A DNA stretch of 64,000 nt from an uncultured Fibrobacterota bacterium. Its GTDB lineage: Bacteria; Fibrobacterota; Chitinivibrionia; Chitinivibrionales; FEN-1185. Location of the stretch: positions 32,001-96,000 of the forward strand of contig CAVWBU010000035.1 of the NCBI GenBank assembly GCA_963753345.1. Direction: 5' to 3'. The notes under the pieces are model-generated. The model was given only the letters and a program-made list of their open reading frames with translations. It did no database searches and was not told where the DNA came from. The translations under genes were made by a program, and so were the position numbers. Shown here piece by piece: positions 40,194 through 50,002 of this stretch; the stretch's first letter is position 1; each line of letters starts with the position of its first letter.

Positions 40194-42413
40194 ATGGATC
40201 ACTCACCTCCCCTTCCGCCCCTTTCTTCCCCGGCAATCGACGAGGCGGCTTCCGCGTTTGTAAAGCAGATCGCCGACCTTAACCCGAAAATAAACACCGC
40301 GCTCATCGACAAGGCATACCGGTTCTCGTGGAACGCGCACCGCGACCAGACGAGAAAGTCGGGCGAGCCCTTCCTCGCGCACCCGGTCGCGGTGGCGGTG
40401 ATCCTCGCCGAGCAGAAGCTCGATTCGATCACCATCGCCGCCGGACTGCTGCACGACGTGATCGAGGACACTGCCATCACGCGGGAACAGATCGGCAGAG
40501 AGTTCGGCGAGGAAATCCTGCAGCTCGTGGAGGGCGTCACCAAGATCCAGCGCTTCCAGATGAAGTCGCGCGAGGAGCGCCAGGCCGAGACCTACCGCAA
40601 AATGCTTTTGTCAATGGCCGAGGACATCCGCGTTATCATCATCAAGTTCGCCGACAGGCTGCACAACCTGCGCACGCTCAAGTACCTGGAGCCCGCAAAG
40701 ATCCGGCAGATCGCGGCGGAGACGCTCGACATCTACGCGCCGCTCGCGCACCGGCTGGGCATGGCGAAGATCAAATGGGAGCTCGAAGATCTCGCGTTCA
40801 AGTTTTTGTATCCGTCCGAGCACAAGGACATCGTGGGCAAGGTGGTTGCGTCGCGCGACGACCGGGAAACGCTCGTCGAGTCGTTTGCAGAGCCGCTCAG
40901 GCAAAAGCTCGCCGAGGAGGGCATTGAGGCCACGGTAATCGGCCGGCCCAAGCATTTCTACAGCATCTACCGCAAGATGCTCCAGCGCAACAAGCCGTTC
41001 GAGGAAGTGTACGACCTGCTCGCCCTCCGGATCATCACCGCCACGGTGAGCGACTGCTACCACGCGCTCGGCGTGGTGCATTCCCTGTGGAAGCCGATCC
41101 AGGACAGGTTCAAGGATTATATAAGCACGCCCAAGTCCAACGGGTACCAGTCGCTCCACACCACGGTGTTCGGCGAAAAGGGAAACATCATTGAAGTGCA
41201 GATCCGCACCTGGGAGATGAACCAGGTTGCCGAGGAGGGAATCGCCGCGCACTGGCTTTACAAAGAGGAGGGGGCGTCCGGCACGGTCTCCCGCGACGAC
41301 CGGTCGCTCTCGTGGCTGCGCAATATCATCGACTGGCAGAAGGACCTCACCGATTCCAACGAGTTCTACGAGTTCTTCAAAATCGATTTGTTCCACGCGG
41401 AGATTTTCGTGTTCACGCCCAAGGGCGACCTCATCTCCCTGCCCAAGGGCGCGACCGTGCTCGACTTCGCGTTCGCCGTGCACACCGACCTGGGCGTGCA
41501 CTGCATCGGCGCCAAGGTTGACGGAAAGATAGAGCCCATCAACAGGGCGCTCAAGAGCGGCATGACCGTCCAGATCCTTCACTCGAACACCAAGAAGCCG
41601 TCGGTGGACTGGCTCCGGGAAGTGAAGACGGCAAAGGCCCGCTCCAAGATCAGGCGCTGGCTCAAGACCGCGGGCCGCCGCGAAAGCATCGAGCTCGGCA
41701 AGCGCATTATCGGCATGCACCTCAAGAAGTTCAACCGCACCGCGGCCTTCATCGATCAGGCGCCGTCCATCCTCACGTCGCTCGGCATCACCACGCTGGA
41801 CCGGCTGTACGAAATGACCGGCTCGGGCGAACTCCCGGTCGCGCGGGTGATGGAATTCCTGCGGAGCAAGCAGGAGCGGAGGTTTGCGCCGTCGGCCGTG
41901 GTGTCGCGCCTGGTCCGCACGTTCCGCCGCGGAAGGAGAAGCAGGGGCGTTCTGGTGGGCGGCTCGGACAACCTCATGGTGCGCTTCGCCAAGTGCTGCA
42001 ACCCGATCCCCGGCGACCAGATCGTCGGGTTCGTCACCAAAGGACGCGGCATCTCCATTCATCGCGCAGATTGTCCCAATGTCCCGCTGTTCGCGGGGGA
42101 CGAGGACCGCAGGATTCAGGTGAGCTGGGAGGACGACGAGGCGAGAAAATACACGGTGTCGCTGCATATCACGGGGAGCGACAGGCCCGGCCTCCTGCAC
42201 GAGATTGCGGAGGTGTTCTCAACGCTCGGCGTGAACGTGGCCGAGGGGAATCTCCGCTCCAAGGGCCAGCAGGCCACGGCCTCCTTTACAATAAAGATAA
42301 GCCACCGGAACCAGCTCAAGCAGATTTTCCGCAGGATACAGAAGATAAAGGGGATAGATAATATTATTCGGACCAAGGAGCTGGAGGATTTTTCGGAAAT
42401 AGAAGATGTGTAA
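40194..42413 (+). CDS. spoT: Bifunctional (p)ppGpp synthetase/hydrolase
   Basis: RKSGEPF..HP, LLHDVIED, ADRLHN, GRPKH.YSIYRKM, YQSLHT, EVQIRT; TGS, CCNPIPGD and ACT domains. Confidence 0.96.
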   Translation: MDHSPPLPPLSSPAIDEAASAFVKQIADLNPKINTALIDKAYRFSWNAHRDQTRKSGEPFLAHPVAVAVILAEQKLDSITIAAGLLHDVIEDTAITREQIGREFGEEILQLVEGVTKIQRFQMKSREERQAETYRKMLLSMAEDIRVIIIKFADRLHNLRTLKYLEPAKIRQIAAETLDIYAPLAHRLGMAKIKWELEDLAFKFLYPSEHKDIVGKVVASRDDRETLVESFAEPLRQKLAEEGIEATVIGRPKHFYSIYRKMLQRNKPFEEVYDLLALRIITATVSDCYHALGVVHSLWKPIQDRFKDYISTPKSNGYQSLHTTVFGEKGNIIEVQIRTWEMNQVAEEGIAAHWLYKEEGASGTVSRDDRSLSWLRNIIDWQKDLTDSNEFYEFFKIDLFHAEIFVFTPKGDLISLPKGATVLDFAFAVHTDLGVHCIGAKVDGKIEPINRALKSGMTVQILHSNTKKPSVDWLREVKTAKARSKIRRWLKTAGRRESIELGKRIIGMHLKKFNRTAAFIDQAPSILTSLGITTLDRLYEMTGSGELPVARVMEFLRSKQERRFAPSAVVSRLVRTFRRGRRSRGVLVGGSDNLMVRFAKCCNPIPGDQIVGFVTKGRGISIHRADCPNVPLFAGDEDRRIQVSWEDDEARKYTVSLHITGSDRPGLLHEIAEVFSTLGVNVAEGNLRSKGQQATASFTIKISHRNQLKQIFRRIQKIKGIDNIIRTKELEDFSEIEDV

Positions 42414-42436
42414 TAATATCAAATAAGAAAGTATTA

Positions 42437-42815
42437 TGGGGGGAAGGCTCCCCCTCGCTTCAGCCCGGCGCTCCCAATTTGCAACCAAGCCCAGTCGTGC
42501 GCCGGTCTTTCGCTACCCCCTCCTGGGTGGCCCCCGAGGAAGTTGATTTGCGAGCAAGTTGCTTCGGTTGGGGGGCACCCACAAGCATTGATAAAGACAA
42601 AAAAAGCCAATGTCATTGCGAGCGAAGCGAAGCAATCAACCCATCCACTCATCAGCGCCTTCGCGTTTTTCAACCCGCAACTTGTCAACCTGCGCAACCC
42701 ATACTGCTCCTTTATCCACCCAATATCCACCCAAACACACGCGAAAGTTTGTTAAAAGAGAAATGCAATATTATTGCCAGAAATGTAATGACAAAGCAAT
42801 CTCGTTTAAGCTTAT
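42437..42815. repeat. Mosaic of palindromic/REP-like repeats
   Basis: Nested hairpins (CCGGCGC/GCGCCGG, TGGGTG-GCCCCC...GGGGG-CACCCA) and GTCATTGCGAGCGAAGCGAAGCAATC at about 42612-42637. Confidence 0.5.
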
Positions 42816-42884
42816 ATTAGGGAAGTATCCTTTCTCCGGGGTCGTTGCGGAGAAATTCTATCTTGTAGAACCAGGAGTTGCCCT

Positions 42885-43349
42885 ATGCCAAAGTGCGCGG
42901 AATGCGGAAAAACATTCACCGTTGACATTTTTGACTTGTCAAAAGACGGGCTCTGCCCCATGTGCGGCAAGGCCGCCCAAGAGAAGTCGGAGCACGATGA
43001 CCAAGAACGGCTGTTGGCCGAAGAGAAGCAGGCGCAGCAGGAAAGCGAGCTTGCCGGGGCGCATGTAATTCTGTCTACGGGACAAATAGGCAGGCCCTAC
43101 GAAGTCATCGACATTGTCTTCGCGATTGACTCTGCAGACCCGAGTGCGTTCACCCATCGTGCGGGCGCTGACCCCGGCGCCGCCTTCAACAAGGTGAAGA
43201 TGCTGTTGCGGCATCAGTGCTCGGCCCGCGGCGGTGATGCGGTAATGCATTGCCAGTTTTTCCATCAAGTCGCCGAGGGATCCAATCTCCCCGTCGGCAG
43301 GCAGCCGGTGGAGATATTTGCGTATGGGACCGCGGTGAAATTTATATAG
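42885..43349 (+). CDS. Zinc-ribbon plus YbjQ-like heavy-metal-binding domain protein
   Basis: CAECG...CPMC; ILSTG..I.RPYEVIDIV, GGDAV..C.F, AYGTAVK; RBS AGGAG. Confidence 0.75.
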   Translation: MPKCAECGKTFTVDIFDLSKDGLCPMCGKAAQEKSEHDDQERLLAEEKQAQQESELAGAHVILSTGQIGRPYEVIDIVFAIDSADPSAFTHRAGADPGAAFNKVKMLLRHQCSARGGDAVMHCQFFHQVAEGSNLPVGRQPVEIFAYGTAVKFI

Positions 43350-43625
43350 CCCCCAAGAAGGTTGGTTTGCAAGAAAGAATCTTGGGCTGCGGGGGCACCG
43401 AGAAAGAGAGCCGAAAGTTGACGGTTTAAAGTTGAAGGCCGGCAAAACTACCAGTATTCCGTTATCATGTGATTCTTTCAACTCCGCTTGCGCAACGTTT
43501 TCTATAAGAAGCAATATAATATCCACTCCTCCTCTCTTTTTGACCCTGCCGGTTGCTTTGCTCCATGCTGGTTCTTATATTGAAAGAGACGCCTTTGGGC
43601 AAGAACATGGGAGCGGGAGCGTTCA

Positions 43626-44126
43626 ATGATAATCCGGCTGTCCCAGAAACTTTCCAAGAAAATCAAGGTACTTGATCTTCCGGCGGTCGCTCCTTGCGCC
43701 AATCCCTTCCTCGACTGGCATGCGCATTTGTTTACCTGCAACCGCGCGCAGTATATCATGGCGACAAATAGTACATCTCTGTTTTCGGTCTTCATGCACG
43801 GGGCGGGAGTAACCGATGACGGCGAGTTCATCTACCGCCTGATCGACACGCTCAAGGACGTCCTGCACGCAATCAAGGCCGACCTTATTTTTTCGAAAGT
43901 AATTGTTCCGGGAATGAAAGAGGTCCGGTTTGCAAAGGCCCAGGACAGGAGGGTGATCGGCTCAATGAATGACAACATATCTTTTGCAAAGTACTTGGTC
44001 CGCAATGAAGGCTGCAGCCCCTTCGATCTGTCGATGCGTCTGAGAGAGTACATACACTTGAGCCTTGGGGCGTATCCGGTGCAGGCGTTCTTGGGGATGA
44101 AGGCGGACCGGGATGCGCGGGATTAA
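43626..44126 (+). CDS. Hypothetical protein (DUF6933-like)
   Basis: MIIRLSQKL, DWHAHLF, DRRVIGSMND pattern; abuts cas3. Confidence 0.65.
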   Translation: MIIRLSQKLSKKIKVLDLPAVAPCANPFLDWHAHLFTCNRAQYIMATNSTSLFSVFMHGAGVTDDGEFIYRLIDTLKDVLHAIKADLIFSKVIVPGMKEVRFAKAQDRRVIGSMNDNISFAKYLVRNEGCSPFDLSMRLREYIHLSLGAYPVQAFLGMKADRDARD

Positions 44127-44138
44127 TGGATGAGAAGG

Positions 44139-46367
44139 ATGAAAAAAGAATGCATCGCACATGTTAAAAAAATGCCTGACGGCACTTGGACAGAACCGCA
44201 TCTTTTAGGCGATCACCTTGCCGGCACTGCCGAGCGTGCGGCGAATTTTGCCAGCGTTTTCAGTTCACGCGATTGGGGTAAGGTGGTTGGGCTCGCTCAC
44301 GATACAGGAAAATCTACCGAGAATTGGCAAAAGTATCTGATTCGTAAGAGCGGCTATGGAGAAGATGATGCCCATTTGGAAGGAAAGCCGCGAACGGTTG
44401 ATCATTCCTCTCCCGGCGCAAAATTAGCAGAGGAAATATTCGGCAAGTGTGCGGGGCGATTGCTCAGCTATTGCATTGCGGGACACCACGCAGGGTTGCC
44501 GGATTGGAGCACGGATACGGGCGGGCAAAGCGCACTCAATTACAGATTGAATAATACGGTGACAACGGGCATTTCTGAAGAATTCAGGATAAGCCTTGCG
44601 AATGTGAAACCGGGAGTTCCTCCATGGAAGTTTGAAAACCACGGTCTAGATCTTTCGCTTTGGATTCGAATGCTTTTTTCATGCCTTGTTGATGCTGATT
44701 TTCTTGACACCGAAGAATATATGGAACCGGAAAAAGCCGAGATGCGCAACGGCTATCTCTCGATGAAAGATTTGCTGGACCGATTCAATTCGTATATGCT
44801 GGACAAAATAGCCCATGCAGAGAAAACATCTGTAAATGAAATACGACAGGCTGTCCTTTCGGATTGCAGGAATGCGGCAAAGAAAACGCCCGGCATTTTT
44901 TCTTTGACAGTACCAACAGGCGGCGGCAAAACGCTTTCGAGTCTGGCTTTTGCCCTTGAACATGCGGTACTATACAAACTCGACCGGGTGATTTATGTCA
45001 TTCCGTATACAAGTATTATTGAACAAAATGCAGAGGTCTTTCGCGACGCAGTTGGTGGGGATCAAGTAATTGAGCATCATGCAAGTCTCGACGAAGACGA
45101 TTCCACGCCTAAATCACGGCTGGCCGCCGAAAACTGGGATGCCCCGATTATGGTCACGACTTCAGTACAGTTTTTTGAGTCTCTGTTTGCCGCGAAATCC
45201 AGCCGGTGCCGTAAGCTACACAATATTGCGAACAGTATTGTCGTTCTTGACGAGGCACAACTTGTACCAGTTGATTATCTTGCACCAATCGTTCAAATTA
45301 TGGAACTTCTCAGCCGTCGTTATCATGTAACTTTTGTCATTGCAACCGCCACACAGCCCGCTTTTGAAGCACGACCTGATTTCAAAGAGTTTAAAGGGCT
45401 TACTGTAGGGAGCGTCCGAGAAATCGTATCTGATGTTCCTTCTCTCTACAGTAAATTGAAACGCGTCAATGTCGAACTTCCGACAGATTGGGAAAACCCC
45501 AGAACTCTTGAAGACGTTAAGAATGACCTTGTATTGGAACCGCAGGTTCTCTGCGTGGTTTCCGACCGAAAAAGTTGCCGTGATCTTTACCGACTGATGC
45601 CAAGTGGAACATTCCATTTGTCCGCATTAATGTGCGGACAGCACCGAAGCGACACAATCGAACGAATCAAAGATAAATTAGCGAACAAAGAACCTGTTCG
45701 GGTCATCAGTACGCAGCTTGTGGAAGCCGGGGTTGACCTTGACTTCCCTGTTGTCTACCGTGCCCTTGCGGGTATCGATTCCATTGCGCAAGCGGCGGGA
45801 AGGTGTAACCGGGAAGGAAAATTGGGAAAGGGCCAGGTTGTGGTTTTTCTGCCGCCCAAGAAATCCCCACCTGGCATTCTCCGAAAAGCGGCGGAAACCA
45901 CGCAAACGATGCTGAAAACCGGCATCAAAGATCCGCTCGACCACACAGTTTTCGACAAGTTTTTTGCCGATCTCTATTGGAAGGCAAATTCCCTCGATAG
46001 AATGGGTATTGTCGAACTCCTAAAGCCGGATCAAGAAGAATGCGGTATCCAATTCCGTACTGCCTCGGAAAAGTTCCATATCATTGATAATAAGGACCAA
46101 CGCACGGTATTGGTTCCCTACGGTAAAGGTGAAGAACTCATTGCCTTGCTCAAAATCAAAGGGCCGGAACGTTCGCTCTTGCGCAAGCTTCAAAGGTATG
46201 CGGTAAATATCTACGCAAAAGACTTTGCCGTTATGCTTGAAAAGGGTTGGCTGGTAGAAACAAGCCCCGGCATTTTTGCGCTAACATCTTCCGCCGGTTA
46301 TGATTTGAAAACAGGACTTCTGGTTGATGAGATTCCTTTTGATCCCGATAAATTCACTTTGACATAA
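44139..46367 (+). CDS. cas3: CRISPR-associated HD nuclease/helicase Cas3
   Basis: HDTGK, HH.GL, LVDADFLDT, PTGGGKT, DEAQ, STQLVEAGVD, QAAGRCNR. Confidence 0.97.
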   Translation: MKKECIAHVKKMPDGTWTEPHLLGDHLAGTAERAANFASVFSSRDWGKVVGLAHDTGKSTENWQKYLIRKSGYGEDDAHLEGKPRTVDHSSPGAKLAEEIFGKCAGRLLSYCIAGHHAGLPDWSTDTGGQSALNYRLNNTVTTGISEEFRISLANVKPGVPPWKFENHGLDLSLWIRMLFSCLVDADFLDTEEYMEPEKAEMRNGYLSMKDLLDRFNSYMLDKIAHAEKTSVNEIRQAVLSDCRNAAKKTPGIFSLTVPTGGGKTLSSLAFALEHAVLYKLDRVIYVIPYTSIIEQNAEVFRDAVGGDQVIEHHASLDEDDSTPKSRLAAENWDAPIMVTTSVQFFESLFAAKSSRCRKLHNIANSIVVLDEAQLVPVDYLAPIVQIMELLSRRYHVTFVIATATQPAFEARPDFKEFKGLTVGSVREIVSDVPSLYSKLKRVNVELPTDWENPRTLEDVKNDLVLEPQVLCVVSDRKSCRDLYRLMPSGTFHLSALMCGQHRSDTIERIKDKLANKEPVRVISTQLVEAGVDLDFPVVYRALAGIDSIAQAAGRCNREGKLGKGQVVVFLPPKKSPPGILRKAAETTQTMLKTGIKDPLDHTVFDKFFADLYWKANSLDRMGIVELLKPDQEECGIQFRTASEKFHIIDNKDQRTVLVPYGKGEELIALLKIKGPERSLLRKLQRYAVNIYAKDFAVMLEKGWLVETSPGIFALTSSAGYDLKTGLLVDEIPFDPDKFTLT

Positions 46368-46381
46368 GGAAAGGAGACCCC

Positions 46382-47110
46382 ATGAACGACTGGTGTCTTG
46401 AGGTATGGGGCGATTATGCTTGTTTTACAAGACCGGAAATGAAAGTGGAGCGAGTCAGCTATGATGTGATTACCCCTTCGGCTGCGCGGGCAATTTATGA
46501 GGCTATTCTCTGGAAACCGGCCATTCGCTGGAATATCACCAAGATTGAAGTGCTCAACCCCCTCAAATGGATTTCGGTGCGGCGTAATGAAGTGGGCAAA
46601 AAGTTTTCCGGTCCTACCGCGGATATAATGCAAGGCGGAATAGGCAAACCCCTTGGATTTTTTATAGAAGAAGAACGTCAGCAGCGGGCTGGGTTATTTC
46701 TGCGTGATGTGAGGTATCGGATTTATGCTTATTTCGACTTCATTCCCCCTGAAGAACGCAAGAAGAACCGTTCATCTACACCTGAATTTTGGGCAGATTC
46801 AGGTGAGGAACTGGAATTCGTTCGCGCAGACGAAAAGCCGGCGAAATATGCCGCAATGTTTGATAGAAGAGCAACAAAGGGGCAATGCTTCCACCGCCCC
46901 TATCTGGGTTGCAGGGAGTTTGCCTGCAATTTTGCATTGATTAAAGGAAATGAACCGGCGACCCCAATTACTGAAACGCGTGATCTTGGCTGGATGCTTT
47001 ACGACATGAATTTCGAGAATCTTGCGGAACCAATGCCGTTGTTTTTCAATGCTCAGATCGAAAACGGCGTTGTTAAGACAGACCGACGAGAAGTGGAGGT
47101 GCGTGGATGA
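46382..47110 (+). CDS. cas5: Type I-C Cas5 (Cas5d/Cas5c)
   Basis: WGDYACFTRPEMKVERVSYDVITPSAAR, RRNEV, PYLGCREF. Confidence 0.96.
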   Translation: MNDWCLEVWGDYACFTRPEMKVERVSYDVITPSAARAIYEAILWKPAIRWNITKIEVLNPLKWISVRRNEVGKKFSGPTADIMQGGIGKPLGFFIEEERQQRAGLFLRDVRYRIYAYFDFIPPEERKKNRSSTPEFWADSGEELEFVRADEKPAKYAAMFDRRATKGQCFHRPYLGCREFACNFALIKGNEPATPITETRDLGWMLYDMNFENLAEPMPLFFNAQIENGVVKTDRREVEVRG

Positions 47111-48831
47111 TCCTACAGGCGTTGAAGGAATATTATGACAGGATGGCGGCGGACCAGGAGAGCGGGATTGCGCCGGAAGGGTGGGAGAAAAAGGAAATAC
47201 CCTTCATTATTGTCATAGATAAAAAGGGCGAATTTGTTCAATTTGAGGATACACGGGAAGGTGACGATAAGAAAAAACGGGCAAGGGCATTTGTTGTCCC
47301 GCAATCCGTTAAGAAAACTTCCGGAATTGCCGCAAATCTTCTTTGGGATGTTGCCGGATATGTTCTCGGTGTTGACACAAAAGGAAAGCCTGAACGTGCA
47401 CTTAAACAAAAGAAGGCCTTTATTTCACGAATAAAACAAGAACTAACTGATGTAGAGGAAATCAAACCGATTCTACATATTCTTGATACAATCAAATTAG
47501 AACGGTTAAAGGCGGAACCTTTATGGAATGAAATACTCGAAACTAATTCCAACATGACCTTTCGGTTTGCCGGGGAAAATGTTCTAATATGCCAGAAAGA
47601 ATCTGTTCGAAAAGCTCTTGCCTCTCGCGGCAAATCGGGTGGTCCTGTACATGTTTGTCTTGTGACCGGCAAAAAAGATAAAATTACGCCCCTTCATGCG
47701 TCAATAAAGGGTGTTTATGGTGCTCAAAGCTCCGGGGCCAACATCGTCTCTTTTAATCTGGATTCCTTTCGATCTTTCAACAAGGAACAGGGGTTCAATG
47801 CGCCTGTCGGAGAAAGCGCGGCCTTCGCATATGTCACGGCAATCAACACACTCCTGAGTAAGGACTCAAAACAGCGCATGTCAATCGGCGACGCCTCCAC
47901 TGTCTTTTGGTCCGAAAAGAAAACAAACTTCGAGTCAGACTTTTCTTCATTCTTTTCTGAACCGCCCAAAGACGACCCGGATTCCGGAACACGAAAGATA
48001 CGTTCACTATTTGAATCTGTTTCCAACGGTGCCTACGTAAACGATGATGGTAAAAGCCGGTTTTATGTCCTCGGATTAGCCCCAAATGCCGCCCGAATTG
48101 CTGTTCGTTTTTGGCAAGTTGGGACAGTAGCGGATTTTGCACAAAGAATAAAAGCTCATTTTGATGATCTTGCCATCATTAAACCCCCGAGAGAGCCGGA
48201 GTATTATTCGTTGTGGCGGCTTCTTGTCAACATCGCAACGCAAGACAAAAGCGAGAATATTCCTCCTAATGTTGCCGGAGATTTTATGCGGGCCATACTT
48301 GTCGGTGCACCATATCCGGCGACTTTGCTTCAAGCGGCGCTTCGTCGGATTCACAGCGACACCGAATACCGGGTAAAGCCCGTGCGTGCCGCGCTGATCA
48401 AAGCTTACCTCAACCGATATCTTAGAAATTATCCCAACTTAAACCACAAGGAGATTCTTATGTCTCTTGACACAAGTCAACAGTCTACCGGTTACCAACT
48501 GGGTAGATTATTTGCCGCCCTTGAAAAAATTCAGGAAGAATCCAGTCCCGGACTTAATGCAACAATTCGCGAACGGTTTTATGGCGCAGCATGCGCAAGC
48601 CCGGTCACCGTTTTCGCAAACCTATTGCGGTTAAAAAATCATCACCTTGCTAAAATGGATAACAAGGGTCGAGTTGTAAATTTCGAACGATTACTTGGGG
48701 AAATCGTGGGTCGCTTTAATGATTTTCCCGCGCACCTCGACCTACATGAGCAAGGCCGCTTCGCCATCGGCTACTACCACCAGCGGCAGGACTTCTTTAC
48801 CAAAAAAGACGATACAAACGCAAATAACTAA
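47107..48831 (+). CDS. cas8c: Type I-C Cas8c (Csd1)
   Basis: MILQAL..YY, CLVTG, LGLAPNAARI, GRLFA.LEKIQ, FAIGYYHQ. Confidence 0.96.
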   Translation: MILQALKEYYDRMAADQESGIAPEGWEKKEIPFIIVIDKKGEFVQFEDTREGDDKKKRARAFVVPQSVKKTSGIAANLLWDVAGYVLGVDTKGKPERALKQKKAFISRIKQELTDVEEIKPILHILDTIKLERLKAEPLWNEILETNSNMTFRFAGENVLICQKESVRKALASRGKSGGPVHVCLVTGKKDKITPLHASIKGVYGAQSSGANIVSFNLDSFRSFNKEQGFNAPVGESAAFAYVTAINTLLSKDSKQRMSIGDASTVFWSEKKTNFESDFSSFFSEPPKDDPDSGTRKIRSLFESVSNGAYVNDDGKSRFYVLGLAPNAARIAVRFWQVGTVADFAQRIKAHFDDLAIIKPPREPEYYSLWRLLVNIATQDKSENIPPNVAGDFMRAILVGAPYPATLLQAALRRIHSDTEYRVKPVRAALIKAYLNRYLRNYPNLNHKEILMSLDTSQQSTGYQLGRLFAALEKIQEESSPGLNATIRERFYGAACASPVTVFANLLRLKNHHLAKMDNKGRVVNFERLLGEIVGRFNDFPAHLDLHEQGRFAIGYYHQRQDFFTKKDDTNANN

Positions 48832-48852
48832 CCTTAGAGAAAGGATTCTACT

Positions 48853-49767
48853 ATGTCTATCAACAAACGTTACGACTTCGTTTTGCTTTTCGATGTGGCC
48901 GATGGAAACCCGAACGGCGATCCCGATGCGGGAAACCTTCCGCGTGTTGACGCGGAATCGGGACACGGCTTGGTCACGGATGTCTGTATAAAGAGAAAAG
49001 TGAGGAATTATGTTCAAATCAAGTCAGAAGATAAAGCACCAAACCTGATATTTGTCAAAGAAAAGGCAATATTGAACAACACTATCGAGCAAGCTTACGA
49101 ATACCTCAAGATTGATCTTAGTAAAGCTCCGGTTGATCCCAATGATGGCAAGAAAAGAAATAAAGAAGGCGCTGGTCAAGGGGGTGAAATCGACAAAGCA
49201 CGCCAATTTCTTTGCCAGAACTATTTCGATATAAGGAGTTTTGGTGCAGTTCTATCAACGGGCGCAAATGCTGGACAAGTTCGAGGTCCTGTTCAGTTTA
49301 CCTTTGGTCGCTCCATCGATCAAGTGGTAGCTCTTGAACACAGTATTACCCGTATGGCCGTCACAACTGCCGCCGATGCCGAAAAACAAAGCGGCGACAA
49401 TCGGACAATGGGCCGCAAATTTACCATCCCCTATGGCCTCTACCGCACCCATGGTTTCGTTTCCGCCCCTCTCGCCAATCAGACCGGCTTTTCCGAAAAT
49501 GATCTCACTCTTCTTTGGGAGGCTCTTGTCGGCATGTTCGAACATGACCGCTCGGCCGCTCGCGGTATGATGGCAACCCGAGGCCTTTACATTTTCGAGC
49601 ATGATTCAAAAATGGGCAATGCTCCGGCACATGAGTTATTCGAGCGGATAACGGTAAAACGGGACGACGAAAACAAACCCGCCAGATCGTTCGCGGATTA
49701 TAAGGTTAGTGTCAACGAAAATGGATTGAAGGAAAAGAAAATAAATCTGATCCGTAAAGTCGGCTGA
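48853..49767 (+). CDS. cas7: Type I-C Cas7 (Csd2)
   Basis: [53 protein letters not shown]. Confidence 0.97.
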   Translation: MSINKRYDFVLLFDVADGNPNGDPDAGNLPRVDAESGHGLVTDVCIKRKVRNYVQIKSEDKAPNLIFVKEKAILNNTIEQAYEYLKIDLSKAPVDPNDGKKRNKEGAGQGGEIDKARQFLCQNYFDIRSFGAVLSTGANAGQVRGPVQFTFGRSIDQVVALEHSITRMAVTTAADAEKQSGDNRTMGRKFTIPYGLYRTHGFVSAPLANQTGFSENDLTLLWEALVGMFEHDRSAARGMMATRGLYIFEHDSKMGNAPAHELFERITVKRDDENKPARSFADYKVSVNENGLKEKKINLIRKVG

Positions 49768-50002
49768 CAATTTTTAAAAATCAAGGAGTAGGTACAATTT
49801 GTACCACCCCTTCGATAAGCCCAGTTGTCGTCAATTTGTCGACAACTGAAACCTAAAACGCCTAACGGCACAAGGTTCGCTTATCGATGGCGTGGATCCG
49901 GGTGCTTATGGACGAAAACGGACGGAGTCCCTGAAAGAAGAAGGCGGTCAACCCGTGACAATTTGTCACGAGAAGAAATTTCCCGCGCTGGAATAAACGG
50001 CA

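Noticed and set aside
43465-43480. Self-targeting of the cas promoter by spacer 5 (shared TCCGTTATC)
   Set aside because: Only 9 nt, not at the spacer's seed end, and expected by chance. I found no convincing self-match by eye, but the search was not exhaustive.
49860-49920. attC site starting GCCTAAC before yhcG
   Set aside because: No complementary L boxes or GTTRRRY end at a suitable distance.
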